DNA of 64,000 nucleotides from an uncultured Bacteroidota bacterium (GTDB lineage: Bacteria; Bacteroidota; Ignavibacteria; UBA10030; UBA6906), in assembly GCA_963700635.1 (NCBI GenBank), contig CAVOYH010000003.1, positions 1,600,001-1,664,000 of the forward strand, read 5' to 3'. Made by a program: the position numbers and the translations under genes. Shown here piece after piece: positions 9,891 through 19,619 of this stretch. Position 1 is the stretch's first letter. Each line of letters starts with the position of its first letter. The notes below the pieces were generated by a model. It ran no database searches. It was not told the DNA's origin and worked only from the letters and a program-made list of their open reading frames with translations.

Positions 9891-11870
9891 TCATTCCGGT
9901 CGGGCATCCGGTAACCGCTGAACGACAGTATTCAGACGCAACCGATAGACGCCCCTGTCTCTGAGACCAACGTAGAGAGTCGATGACCCGGCGTGCCAGG
10001 CAAGCGCTGCTGGAACGCCGGGAAGTTTCATATCAAACACTGTATGCCACGTTGTGCCGCCAGTGGTGCTGAGCATGACGGTCCGGTCATTGACCAGCGC
10101 CACGAGCCGGGACGCGTTCTCCGGATCCACGGCGAGGCGAACGCGGTCGCGTACGGTCCAGGGTGGAGTGAACCGGCTCCATTCGAGTCCGCCGTCGATT
10201 GACCGGTAGCACCCTCCCGCTGTGGTCCACGCGTAACACACCTGGTCGTCTGCATCGTCGAGCGAAATGAATGAGAGCGTGTCGGTCCCGAGGCCGTACC
10301 TCGTTGCTTCCCAGGTGATGCCGCCGTCGAGCGTATGGAGGACCGCGGGGCCGTCTGCCGCCGCGAGAATGTTCCCGGCGTTTGTCATCCGAAAGGTGAA
10401 CGAGAACGCTGAAGGAAGTTTTCCCGGAGGACGGGATTCCTTCCAGGTCCGACCACGGTCGGTCGACACAAAAATCCCCCTTCCGCCGGAAGCGAGAAGA
10501 CGGGTCGGAAACCAGGGATGGGGAACGAGCACACGGGGTGCGTTGGGCAGGGTGCGTGCAAACTCATGCCACGAACTCCCGCCGTCGGTGCTGCGAAACG
10601 CTCCTGTTGTGCTCGTGGCGAAGAGTGTGGTGGCCGATCGCGGATCAACTGCGAGGGAGAGAAGATGTCCGCCGGTCAGCCCTCCGCCCGCCGTTACCCA
10701 GGTGGAAGTGTTGGCCACATATCGAAGCAGTGCCCGACCGGCAATCATGAGCAGATCCTTGCTTCCAGGATCCGCCACCAGCATCTTTGGGACGACACCC
10801 CCGAGGGACGTGTCGGCGCTGGTCCACGAGAGCCCCCCGTCGGCGGAGAATTGCACCCCAATGGCTTCGCTGTAGCCAAACAGGTGGTTCGACTGTGCCG
10901 GTGAAGCTGCAAGGGTCACGGGCACGCGAGGGAGGGAACCTTCGAGCGGACGCCAGCGTTCTCCGAAATCCGTTGACTGAAGAATCCCGAGCTGTGTTCC
11001 CGCCAGGACCGTATTCGGTTTTCCGGGGTCAGCCCAGAAGGAGAGGAGTGCGTCTCCGAGCCCGGCCGGCCGCACAGGACTCCAATGTTCTCCTGCGTTC
11101 GAAGAGCGGTAAATGCTGCCGCCATCCGTACCGTAGAGCACAAGGTTGCCGTCCTTCGCATGGACAAGCATGGCGGTTACGCGTTGACCTGCGGTTGACG
11201 CGTCGGACGTAAGGTCGGCCCAGGATGCGCCTCCGTCCTCGGAGCGCACGATGCCGCGTGGGCCGAGGCTTGCAAAGATTCTGTCAGGATGTTGTGCGTC
11301 AATGACAATGTCCTGGACCTCAGCACCCGCCACGATCGAATCTTCGACCTGGGCCCATGTGATGCCGCTGTCCGTGGACCGGAAAAGACCATGCCCTCCG
11401 GTGCCAAGGAAACGGATTTCGGGCTTCCAGGGATCGACGCCAAATGCGTACACGGGTCGTACCGGGACCCCCGAGAACTCCGGTGCGATTTGTTTCCAGG
11501 TCCGAGCCGAGTCGGTGCTCCGGAAAAAGCCCGCAGGGCCCGCAGCGTACAGCATTGTCTTTGCCACAGGGTCGTCAAAAAACCTGAGAACGGGTTCACC
11601 GGGCGACGGGGGTGTCCGATATGCCCATGAGCGGCCACCATCGGTGGACATGCTCAGTTCGCCGTTGGCCAGGCCCGCGAAGAGCAAGTTTTCGCCCGGG
11701 GAGACATGGAGCGTCGTGATGTTGCGTGCGTAGGGTCCCTGCAGAAGTTCCCACTGCACGGAGAGGGGATTGACGGCGTGGGCACTACAACCGACGATGA
11801 GCACAAAGGGGATCAGACGCGCGACGCCGAGAAGGGTCGCGAGTCGGGGAAGAGGCGGGGGCGCGGTCAT
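9891..11870 (-). CDS. BNR/Asp-box repeat beta-propeller protein (Ycf48/VPS10-like), probable lipoprotein
   Basis: Many SxDGGxxW Asp-box motifs; IVGC lipobox-like. Confidence 0.8.
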   Translation of the reverse strand: MTAPPPLPRLATLLGVARLIPFVLIVGCSAHAVNPLSVQWELLQGPYARNITTLHVSPGENLLFAGLANGELSMSTDGGRSWAYRTPPSPGEPVLRFFDDPVAKTMLYAAGPAGFFRSTDSARTWKQIAPEFSGVPVRPVYAFGVDPWKPEIRFLGTGGHGLFRSTDSGITWAQVEDSIVAGAEVQDIVIDAQHPDRIFASLGPRGIVRSEDGGASWADLTSDASTAGQRVTAMLVHAKDGNLVLYGTDGGSIYRSSNAGEHWSPVRPAGLGDALLSFWADPGKPNTVLAGTQLGILQSTDFGERWRPLEGSLPRVPVTLAASPAQSNHLFGYSEAIGVQFSADGGLSWTSADTSLGGVVPKMLVADPGSKDLLMIAGRALLRYVANTSTWVTAGGGLTGGHLLSLAVDPRSATTLFATSTTGAFRSTDGGSSWHEFARTLPNAPRVLVPHPWFPTRLLASGGRGIFVSTDRGRTWKESRPPGKLPSAFSFTFRMTNAGNILAAADGPAVLHTLDGGITWEATRYGLGTDTLSFISLDDADDQVCYAWTTAGGCYRSIDGGLEWSRFTPPWTVRDRVRLAVDPENASRLVALVNDRTVMLSTTGGTTWHTVFDMKLPGVPAALAWHAGSSTLYVGLRDRGVYRLRLNTVVQRLPDARPE

Positions 11871-11886
11871 AGCGTCGACGGACCTT

Positions 11887-12189
11887 TCAGGTAAGAGTCT
11901 CTCCATGGAACACAGTCACGAGATCAGGCGCAAAACTCATAAGATCACGGGCGACGGCTTTCCCCTCCCGCGAGGCAAGGGCTGCATCCATTGCGGACCG
12001 GGAAGGAAATCCGGCTTCGACCAGGACATGGAATTTGCTCTCGCCGATCGGGGCGCCGCTGACATGTACGACATCGAGCTGAATCAGTCCGGGGAGGAGC
12101 CGCAACAAGGGAAGATGCGTCTCCGTCAGATGCCGGTCAAACGTCGCCGGATCGTCAGGTCGGCGGTATAGCGCGACGAGTTTTGTCAT
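11887..12189 (-). CDS. EthD family protein
   Basis: MTKLVALYRRPDDPATFDRHL.ETHLPL...LPGL family N-terminus. Confidence 0.85.
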   Translation of the reverse strand: MTKLVALYRRPDDPATFDRHLTETHLPLLRLLPGLIQLDVVHVSGAPIGESKFHVLVEAGFPSRSAMDAALASREGKAVARDLMSFAPDLVTVFHGETLT

Positions 12190-12307
12190 GGCAGCTCTCC
12201 GTCAGGTCCGATGCTCTGAAAAATATAGCGATGGAGTCAGGGAAAAGCAAACCCCAACCGGCCGTGGGTCACTTTTCTCTCTGGAGGGAATTTCGTACTT
12301 TTCGACC

Positions 12308-15247
12308 ATGAACGCGCATGACGTCCCCCTGGAAATCTTCGCCGATGCCCGAAGTGGGGAACGGAACCTGCGCACGCTCCACGAACTGTTTGTGACGACG
12401 GGCAGCAGGTTCAGCCCCGATGAATTCACACAAACCCTGAGCGCGGCCCTGCGTGAATCCCCCGATCCCGATCTGAGTCTCTCCAATCTCCTGCGCTACA
12501 GCGAAGTTGTCGTCAGCCCTGTCGCCCTGTTCAACGATCTCCTGCAGCACCACGTGCTCCTGGATATCCTGATGAAGATCCTCGGGAATTCCCGTTTCTT
12601 CGGCGATTTGCTTGTCCGGGATCCGTCCCTGTTCCGCTGGCTTACGGCTTCGGCTGCGCTGAACGCACCCCTCACAGCAGCGGAGGTGCGGGGCGACGTC
12701 GACCATGTCCTGGCTTCATTCGGGGCGGTGGATCGGCGGCTGGATGGAATACGAAGGATGTACCGGCGCCAGCTTCTTCGCGTGGGCGCGCGGGACATCC
12801 TCGGGATTGCGGACCTGCCGCAGACGACACGGGAGTTGTCATTGCTGGCCGACGGTACCATTGATGCCGTCCTCCGCTGCACGTACGATCAGATGCGGGA
12901 GAAGGTGGACCAGGTACCGGATATTCCGTTTGCCGTACTCGGGCTGGGGAAACTGGGTGGGGCGGAGCTCAATTATAGTTCAGATATTGACCTGATGTTC
13001 GTGTACGCAGAGGACGCGCCGGACGACACTGCCGGCAGAGTTCAGGCATCGTTTCAGCTCGTAGGTGAAAAACTGGTCCAGCACCTGTCGCGCGTTACCG
13101 GCGAGGGTCACCTCTTCCGGGTGGATATGCGCCTGAGGCCCGAGGCCGGGGCGGGTCCGCTGGCCCGCTCACTGCAAAGTTATCTTCTCTATTATGAGTC
13201 GCGGGGAGAGCTCTGGGAGCGTCAGATGCTCATCAAGGTGCGTCCTGTCGCCGGCGACGAGAAGCTCGGCGCAGCATTCCTCCAGGGCGTACACCCCTTT
13301 GTGTATCCGCGCGCGTTTCTCGAGCACCCGGCGGAATCGATCAGCCGGATGAAGGCACGTATCGAGTCGACGCTGGGTGATGCGGCAAACATCAAGCTCA
13401 TGCCCGGCGGCATCCGCGATATTGAGTTCATCGTGCAAGCCCTCCAGCTCCTGAATGGAGGAAAGAAACCTGCCCTCCGGACGGGCAACACGCTTCAGGC
13501 GCTGCGTGCCTGCGAGGCCGAAGGCGTGTTGCCGGGCGACGACGTCCAGGCACTGGAACACGCCTACACGTTCTACCGCACGCTCGAACACCGATTGCAG
13601 ACCATGCTGAATACGCAGACACATACCATTCCGCGTGATGAACGGGAACACTCCCTCCTTGCCCGCAGGATGGGCTTCACGTCGGTTGGCGTGCTCACGG
13701 GGACGCTTGAACAGCACCTCAGCGCGGTCCGTGCCGTGTTCGACCGGACGCTGGCGACACACACGGGAACCGGGGAAGCAGGACTGGAGGCGGCGATTGA
13801 CGGTGCGCTGACGGAGGAACGCACGACGCGGCTGCTCGCGGAGTACGGGTTCCGCGACGTGCGCCAGGCCCTGCGGCACATGCGCACGCTCGCGTTTGGA
13901 TCGACTCTCACCGGCGTCCGAGAAACCGACACGCGTGCGCGAACAGCCTTCCGGTCGGTTGCTGCGCCGCTCTTCCGTGATATCGCGGCGAGCCCCGATG
14001 CGGACCTCACCCTGTACAGCCTTTCGATTATTGCGGGAGGGCAGAAATTCCCGGGGGGGTTCTATCACCAGCTTACCGATGCGCACTTCCGCCGGTTCAT
14101 GATCGATACCTGCGCAATCGGGCCGCGGTTCGCGCGGATCCTGGCGGCGCGTCCGGCCCTTGTGGAATCTTTTACCTCGAATCCGGCGGCCCTCGGGAGC
14201 GCGTCCGGCAGCGGCGTGCCTCCCGTGGAAGACCTGTACGAATTCAAGATCCAGCAGGAAGTGCGTGCGGGACTTCGTCACCTTCTCGGACTCTCCAGCT
14301 TTGACGATATGACCATCGAACTCTCAGCAACTGCGGAGTTTGTCCTGCGCGAGGTGTTTGCGGCCACGGTGTCCTCACATCACGGAAATCCACAGCTTGC
14401 ACTCTTTGCGCTGGGCAAACTGGGGACTCGCGAGCTCACGTTTGATGCGGATCTCGACCTCCTCTTTGTTGCGGATACGCATGCCGCCGAAGCGCGGAGC
14501 GGGCTGGAACGGATAGCAGCGGGTTGTGTCAAAACCCTCTCTGCTGTCACGGAACACGGACGGCTGTACGACATCGACGTGCGGCTTCGACCGGAAGGAC
14601 GGAACGCGCCTCTCGTGATCGACCGGACGGCATATCAGACGTACCTCTCCCAGCGGGCATCGCTCTGGGAGCGACAGTCTCTCACCCGCCTCCGCTTTGT
14701 CTGCGGTGATGCCGCGCTCGGCGCAGCAGTCGAGAAGGATGTCGGGAGTTTTGTGTTCGATAGTCCTCTTCCTGCCGGGTGGACGACCGACACCATCACG
14801 ATGCGCAAAACCATGGAGTCACGCACAAGGACCAGGCGAGACGAAATCATCGACATCAAACTCGGTCCCGGCGGGATGGTGGACGTGGAGTTTCTGGCCC
14901 AGATGCTGATGCTCCGGCCGGGGGCCGTTCCTTCCGAAGGACGCCACGGGAGTGTGCCGACCATTCTTGGCCTTTCCGATCCGGGCATCCTCCCCGCACG
15001 GGAGCGCGACGAGATGATTGAAGCGTACCGGCTGTTCCGGCGGCTTGAATTGTTCCTCCGGGTGACGATGGAAGAGCGGGGCTCCGTCCTGCCCACGGGA
15101 AAGAAACTGGACACTCTTGCCCGCTGTGCGCTGGGGACCTCCGGCGACGCGGTTCAGCACACGGTACGCGAGACCATGAAGCGCGTCCGTGCGACGTTCC
15201 TGCATGCAGCGGATCGACTGAATACCTCTGGAGCGCCGTCGCAATGA
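12308..15247 (+). CDS. glnE: Bifunctional glutamine synthetase adenylyltransferase/adenylyl-removing enzyme
   Basis: Two nucleotidyltransferase domains: GKLGGAELNYSSDIDL..RVDMRLRP and GKLGTRELTFDADLDL..DIDVRLRPEG. Confidence 0.9.
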   Translation: MNAHDVPLEIFADARSGERNLRTLHELFVTTGSRFSPDEFTQTLSAALRESPDPDLSLSNLLRYSEVVVSPVALFNDLLQHHVLLDILMKILGNSRFFGDLLVRDPSLFRWLTASAALNAPLTAAEVRGDVDHVLASFGAVDRRLDGIRRMYRRQLLRVGARDILGIADLPQTTRELSLLADGTIDAVLRCTYDQMREKVDQVPDIPFAVLGLGKLGGAELNYSSDIDLMFVYAEDAPDDTAGRVQASFQLVGEKLVQHLSRVTGEGHLFRVDMRLRPEAGAGPLARSLQSYLLYYESRGELWERQMLIKVRPVAGDEKLGAAFLQGVHPFVYPRAFLEHPAESISRMKARIESTLGDAANIKLMPGGIRDIEFIVQALQLLNGGKKPALRTGNTLQALRACEAEGVLPGDDVQALEHAYTFYRTLEHRLQTMLNTQTHTIPRDEREHSLLARRMGFTSVGVLTGTLEQHLSAVRAVFDRTLATHTGTGEAGLEAAIDGALTEERTTRLLAEYGFRDVRQALRHMRTLAFGSTLTGVRETDTRARTAFRSVAAPLFRDIAASPDADLTLYSLSIIAGGQKFPGGFYHQLTDAHFRRFMIDTCAIGPRFARILAARPALVESFTSNPAALGSASGSGVPPVEDLYEFKIQQEVRAGLRHLLGLSSFDDMTIELSATAEFVLREVFAATVSSHHGNPQLALFALGKLGTRELTFDADLDLLFVADTHAAEARSGLERIAAGCVKTLSAVTEHGRLYDIDVRLRPEGRNAPLVIDRTAYQTYLSQRASLWERQSLTRLRFVCGDAALGAAVEKDVGSFVFDSPLPAGWTTDTITMRKTMESRTRTRRDEIIDIKLGPGGMVDVEFLAQMLMLRPGAVPSEGRHGSVPTILGLSDPGILPARERDEMIEAYRLFRRLELFLRVTMEERGSVLPTGKKLDTLARCALGTSGDAVQHTVRETMKRVRATFLHAADRLNTSGAPSQ

Positions 15248-17088
15248 ACCTGTATGAACGAGTGCTGTCCAGCCCGACGGCCGTCGCTGCGCTTGTCGGG
15301 TTAGTGTCTCTGATCGTGTACCTGCAAACGATGGTGCCCGGCATTGGGTTCATCGACAGCGGCGAGCTTGCCACTGTGGCCCACACCCTCGGGATCGCAC
15401 ATCCGACCGGATATCCTCTGTTCACGCTGCTCGGTTCTCTGGCGTCGCATCTCCCCTGGGGCGGGGAAGAGATCCAGCGGCTCAATATCATGGCGGCTGT
15501 CCTGTGTGTGATCGGGCTGCTGCTGTTCTTCCACACCGCACGGCGCCTTGCGGCCCGTGCTGCGGGGAAGCATCTTGTCCGGACCGAGATGGTCTTGCCG
15601 GCTGTGACCGGTGGTGCGTTCCTTCTCGGATTTTCGGAGACGTTCTGGACTCAGGCGCTGGCGGTGGAGGTGTATTCCCTTCACCTTGCACTGATCGGGG
15701 CGGTCCTGTACGCTTGTGCGAGAGCGACCGGGGACCAGGGAGAGCGGTGGTGGTACGCGAGCGCATTCCTTCTGGGTTTGAGCTTCACCAATCACATGAC
15801 CACCGTCCTCCTGGTGCCCGGCCTGGCCACCTGGTATTTTGCGCACGAGGGGCTCACTCCCGCGTCATGGAAGCGGCTGGCTCGGCTCCTTCCGGTGTTT
15901 GCCCTCGGGTTATCGCTGTACCTCTATCTTCCGTTCCGCGCGTCCATGTCCCCTGCATTGAACTGGGGAGATCCGTCCACGCTCGAGCGGTTCCTGTGGC
16001 ACCTGAGCGGCAAACAGTATCGTGTGTGGCTGTTCGCTTCATCAGACGTGGCCGGTAAGCATCTTGGTGACTTCTTTGCGGGGTTGCCATCGGAATTCGC
16101 CTGGGTGGGGATCGCAGCGGCGCTGGCCGGACTTGTCGTGCTCTGGCGTGCGTACCGGACTGTTGCCATCGCCACCGTGCTGTTCTTTGTCACCTGCGTT
16201 GCGTATGCGATCAACTACGATATTCAGGATATCGATTCGTACTATCTTCTGGCCTACTGGTGCATCGGACTCTGGGGAGTGTTCGGCCTGGGTCTGGTCG
16301 GAACCTGGTGGATGAAATTCAGCGGATGGGGGAGACACGTCACGGGGATTGTGCTGATCGTGATTGCGTGTGTGCCGGCGGCGTTCCACTACAAGAGTGT
16401 CGACCAGAGCGACAATCATCTGGTGGACGATTACACGCGGACGATGTTTGCCTCGTTGCGTCCGGGCGCCCTTGTGCTGTCGTATCAATGGGACTACTGG
16501 GTCTCCGCGTCCTATTACTCCCAGCTGGTCAGAGGCGAGCGACCGGACCTCATCATTATTGATAAAGAGCTATTGCGGAGATCATGGTACCTGAAGCAGC
16601 TGGAACACCAGCATCCGGCCCTGATGGCGGCGGTGAAAGAGGAGGTCGCAGCTTTCAGGAAGGAGCTTGACAAGTTCGAGCACGGCTTGCCGTATGCCGG
16701 GGGGGTGATCGAGGGGAGGTTTGTCGGGATGATCCGCAGGATGATAGAGAGGGGAATGGAGCGGGGGCCGGTGTACGTCACGGCCGAGATTGAGCCGGAG
16801 TTTACGGCGGGGTTGCTGCGGGTCCCGGAAGGACTGGCCTTCCGGGTGACGCGGGATACCACGTATGTGCCTCCGGCGATGCCGGAGATCACTGTGCGTC
16901 CCGGCCGGCGGGAGGGGCGTCTGGAATCCATGGTGTGGCACCTTTATGGAAACGCCTATCTTGCCCGGGGGGACTTCTTTTTCCGTCTGGGACGGCTGGA
17001 GGAGGCCAGAAAGGCCTACGGAACAGGCCTTTTGAGGGATCCTGGGTCAACTATCCTCAGGAGCCGGGCAGCCATGGCTGGAGGGTAA
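15244..17088 (+). CDS. DUF2723 (TMEM260-like) multi-pass membrane glycosyltransferase-like protein with C-terminal TPR
   Basis: DSGEL..LGIAHPTGYPLFTLL, FWTQA..EVY, NWGDP motifs; many TM segments. Confidence 0.85.
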   Translation: MNLYERVLSSPTAVAALVGLVSLIVYLQTMVPGIGFIDSGELATVAHTLGIAHPTGYPLFTLLGSLASHLPWGGEEIQRLNIMAAVLCVIGLLLFFHTARRLAARAAGKHLVRTEMVLPAVTGGAFLLGFSETFWTQALAVEVYSLHLALIGAVLYACARATGDQGERWWYASAFLLGLSFTNHMTTVLLVPGLATWYFAHEGLTPASWKRLARLLPVFALGLSLYLYLPFRASMSPALNWGDPSTLERFLWHLSGKQYRVWLFASSDVAGKHLGDFFAGLPSEFAWVGIAAALAGLVVLWRAYRTVAIATVLFFVTCVAYAINYDIQDIDSYYLLAYWCIGLWGVFGLGLVGTWWMKFSGWGRHVTGIVLIVIACVPAAFHYKSVDQSDNHLVDDYTRTMFASLRPGALVLSYQWDYWVSASYYSQLVRGERPDLIIIDKELLRRSWYLKQLEHQHPALMAAVKEEVAAFRKELDKFEHGLPYAGGVIEGRFVGMIRRMIERGMERGPVYVTAEIEPEFTAGLLRVPEGLAFRVTRDTTYVPPAMPEITVRPGRREGRLESMVWHLYGNAYLARGDFFFRLGRLEEARKAYGTGLLRDPGSTILRSRAAMAGG

Positions 17089-17117
17089 GATTCCTGCTGA
17101 TTCTGGCATTTTTTTGG

Positions 17118-17145
17118 TTGACTATTTCCTGGGATTTCTTATATT
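17118..17145 (+). promoter_or_regulatory. Sigma70-type promoter for the tRNA cluster
   Basis: TTGACT-16 bp-TATATT in an AT-rich patch. Confidence 0.55.
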
Positions 17146-17216
17146 ACTCTGCTTAGCTGTCGAAATCCCCGATAGTCACAGAGGATTGATTCCTGTGACG
17201 AGGGGGACATTTGTCT

Positions 17217-17289
17217 GCTGGCGTAGCTCAATCGGTAGAGCAGCTGATTTGTAATCAGCAGGTTGCGGGTTCGAGTCCCATCGCCAGCT
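17217..17289 (+). tRNA. tRNA-Thr(TGT)
   Basis: Cloverleaf GCTGGCG/CGCCAGC, anticodon loop TT-TGT-AA, GGTTCGA T-loop. Confidence 0.95.
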
Positions 17290-17332
17290 CTCGACATTGG
17301 GCACGGCGGGACGGTTTCTTTGACGGTTTCAG

Positions 17333-17415
17333 GGGCAGGTAGCGAAGCGGTCAAACGCAACAGACTGTAAATCTGTCGGCCATGGCCTTCGGAGGTTCGA
17401 ATCCTCCCCTGCCCA
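17333..17415 (+). tRNA. tRNA-Tyr(GTA)
   Basis: GGGCAGG/CCTGCCC acceptor, CT-GTA-AA loop, long variable arm. Confidence 0.95.
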
Positions 17416-17462
17416 CGACGAGTGTGGAAAGTGGCTCCAGGTTCCATTCGGATTGATAGTCC

Positions 17463-17535
17463 GCGGGAGTAACTCAGTTGGTAGAGTCACAGCCTTCCAA
17501 GCTGTTGGTCGCGGGTTCGAGTCCCGTCTCCCGCT
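17463..17535 (+). tRNA. tRNA-Gly(TCC)
   Basis: GCGGGAG/CTCCCGC acceptor, CT-TCC-AA loop, U discriminator. Confidence 0.95.
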
Positions 17536-17840
17536 CGAGAGAGGTCGCGGGTCCCGTCACGCCCGAAGGGCGCGACGAGGATGCGCGTCACGCCAACGTG
17601 GTTGGCGTGACGGCGTTCGAGTCCCGTCTCCCGCTCGAGAGAGGTCGCGGGTCCCGTCACGCCCGAAGGGCGCGACGAGGATGCGCGTCACGCCAACGTG
17701 GTTGGCGTGACGGCATTCGAGTCCCGTCTCCCGCTCGAGAGAGGTCGCGGGTCCCGTCACGCCCGAAGGGCGCGACGAGGATGCGCGTCTCGCCAACGTG
17801 GTTGGCGTGACGGCATTCGAGTCCCGTCTCCCGCTCGAGA
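17516..17840 (+). repeat. tRNA-Gly-linked tandem repeat, 100-bp unit x3.25
   Basis: TTCGAGTCCCGTCTCCCGCTCGAGA starts at 17516, 17616, 17716, 17816; intervening 75 bp nearly identical and containing two hairpins. Confidence 0.95.
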
Positions 17841-17877
17841 TGGTGGTGAACCGGCGGTTCACCCGTGTACAGTGTCT

Positions 17878-17950
<73 letters not shown>

Positions 17951-18006
17951 CAGAGGCGGAGGGCTTTCGCCTGCCAGTGACGACCACGTAGAATGCCGAG
18001 GCTCCT

Positions 18007-18156
18007 GTGAGAGACATTATCACGCTGGAATGTACCGAGTGCAAACGCCGGAACTACTCGACCACAAAGAACAAGAAGAAGCAATCGGGGCGCGTCGAGT
18101 ACAAGAAATACTGCCGGTGGTGCGCGAAGCATAAAACCCACAAAGAGACGCGCTGA
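18007..18156 (+). CDS. rpmG: 50S ribosomal protein L33 (Zn-ribbon type)
   Basis: Manual translation [49 protein letters not shown]. Confidence 0.95.
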   Translation: MRDIITLECTECKRRNYSTTKNKKKQSGRVEYKKYCRWCAKHKTHKETR

Positions 18157-18202
18157 CGGATACGAAGCGGTGCCCGGGGCGCCATCCCGGGTGATGACGC
18201 AT

Positions 18203-18279
18203 ACGTCAGTAGCTCAATTGGCTAGAGCAGCGGTCTCCAAAACCGCAGGTTGGGGGTTCGAGTCCCTCCTGACGTGCCA
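18203..18279 (+). tRNA. tRNA-Trp(CCA), CCA end encoded
   Basis: ACGTCAG/CTGACGT acceptor, CT-CCA-AA loop, canonical position before secE. Confidence 0.95.
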
Positions 18280-18349
18280 ACGACCTTGCGACCGGTACCC
18301 CACGGGTCATGGATGCTAATGTACGAACGAGAGCCGAGGAACGTCTTCC

Positions 18350-18532
18350 ATGAAAGATAAGATCATTGCCTTCTTCACCGACGTGGTGAAGGAGATGAAA
18401 AAGGTCACCTGGCCGAAGAAAGACGATCTGCGTGATTCGACATTGATCGTCCTCGTGGTCTGCCTGATCATCGCCGGATTTGTCTATGTTGTCGATACGG
18501 GCGTGGGCTTCGTTCTCCGCCAGATATTGTAA
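18350..18532 (+). CDS. secE: Preprotein translocase SecE
   Basis: EMKKVTWP motif, one TM helix, synteny. Confidence 0.95.
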   Translation: MKDKIIAFFTDVVKEMKKVTWPKKDDLRDSTLIVLVVCLIIAGFVYVVDTGVGFVLRQIL

Positions 18533-19083
18533 TGTCAGACGAGAATGTGGTGGATAAGAAATGGTACGTGGTCCGGACGTATTCGGGGCACGAAAACAAG
18601 GTGAAGGCATACCTGGAGAACGAGGTTCAGCAGGCAGGCCTGGGCGATCGGATCAGCTCGGTGATTGTACCGTCGGAGAAGGTATTCGAAGTCAAGGACG
18701 GGAAGAAGAAGAGTAAGACCCGCACGTTCTTCCCCGGGTATATTCTGGTCGAGGCGGTGCTCGACAAGACCACGCAGCACCTCATCCTGAACACTCCTTC
18801 TGTGATCAGCTTTGTGGGCCCCAAGAACGCTCCTGCGCCGCTCCAGCCGATGGAAGTGCGCCGCCTCATCGGCAAAATCGAAGAGCGCAAGGACGTGGAG
18901 GTGATTGAAGTTCCCTTCCGTGTCGGCGACCTGGTCAAGGTCATCGACGGGCCGTTCAACAACTTTAGCGGGTTCGTCCAGGAAGTGAATGAAGAAAAAG
19001 TGAAACTGAAAGTCATGGTGTCCATCTTCGGCCGGAAGACGCCTGTGGAGCTTGATTTCAGCCAGGTGGAACTCGAAAAGTAG
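18532..19083 (+). CDS. nusG: Transcription factor NusG
   Basis: [35 protein letters not shown]. Confidence 0.97.
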   Translation: MSDENVVDKKWYVVRTYSGHENKVKAYLENEVQQAGLGDRISSVIVPSEKVFEVKDGKKKSKTRTFFPGYILVEAVLDKTTQHLILNTPSVISFVGPKNAPAPLQPMEVRRLIGKIEERKDVEVIEVPFRVGDLVKVIDGPFNNFSGFVQEVNEEKVKLKVMVSIFGRKTPVELDFSQVELEK

Positions 19084-19117
19084 CGATTGTCGGATCATTT
19101 GCAGAAAGCACCAGGTT

Positions 19118-19543
19118 ATGAAAAAGATTGCCGGCTTTGTCAAGTTGCAGATTCCCGCGGGGCAAGCGAATCCCGCGCCTCCCGTTGGTCCCGCCCTCGG
19201 TCAGAAGGGGGTCAACATCATGGAATTCTGCAAGCAATTCAACGCGCGGACGCAGGCACAGGCCGGGCTGATTATTCCGGTTGTGATCACCGTCTTCTCG
19301 GACAAGTCGTTCACCTTTATCACCAAGACCCCTCCCGCCGCAGTCCTCCTTGCGAAAGCTGCGAACATTGAGAAAGGGTCTGCCGAGTCCAACCGGACAA
19401 AAGTCGGCACGGTGACACGGAAGCAGGTCCAGGAGATTGCGCAGTTGAAGATGCCCGACCTGAACGCAAATGATATCGAGGCGGCGATGGCCATGGTTGC
19501 GGGGACCGCTCGCAGCATGGGGCTGACGGTATCGAACGAGTAG
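19118..19543 (+). CDS. rplK: 50S ribosomal protein L11
   Basis: [13 protein letters not shown]. Confidence 0.97.
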   Translation: MKKIAGFVKLQIPAGQANPAPPVGPALGQKGVNIMEFCKQFNARTQAQAGLIIPVVITVFSDKSFTFITKTPPAAVLLAKAANIEKGSAESNRTKVGTVTRKQVQEIAQLKMPDLNANDIEAAMAMVAGTARSMGLTVSNE

Positions 19544-19572
19544 ATGGCAGTGAAGCAACGGCGGCAACGCCG

Positions 19573-19606
19573 GTGGGAGTCCGGCCATCCCGGACGACAG
19601 GACCAC
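19573..19606 (+). promoter_or_regulatory. Probable L1-binding autoregulatory mRNA site upstream of rplA
   Basis: GTGGGAG...hairpin...GACCAC, resembling known L1 operator folds. Confidence 0.55.
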
Positions 19607-19619
19607 AAATCCAGGGATC

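Noticed and set aside
17516-17840. CRISPR array interpretation of the 25-bp repeats
   Set aside because: Intervening sequences are near-identical rather than unique, the repeat is a tRNA 3' end, and there are no cas genes in the window.
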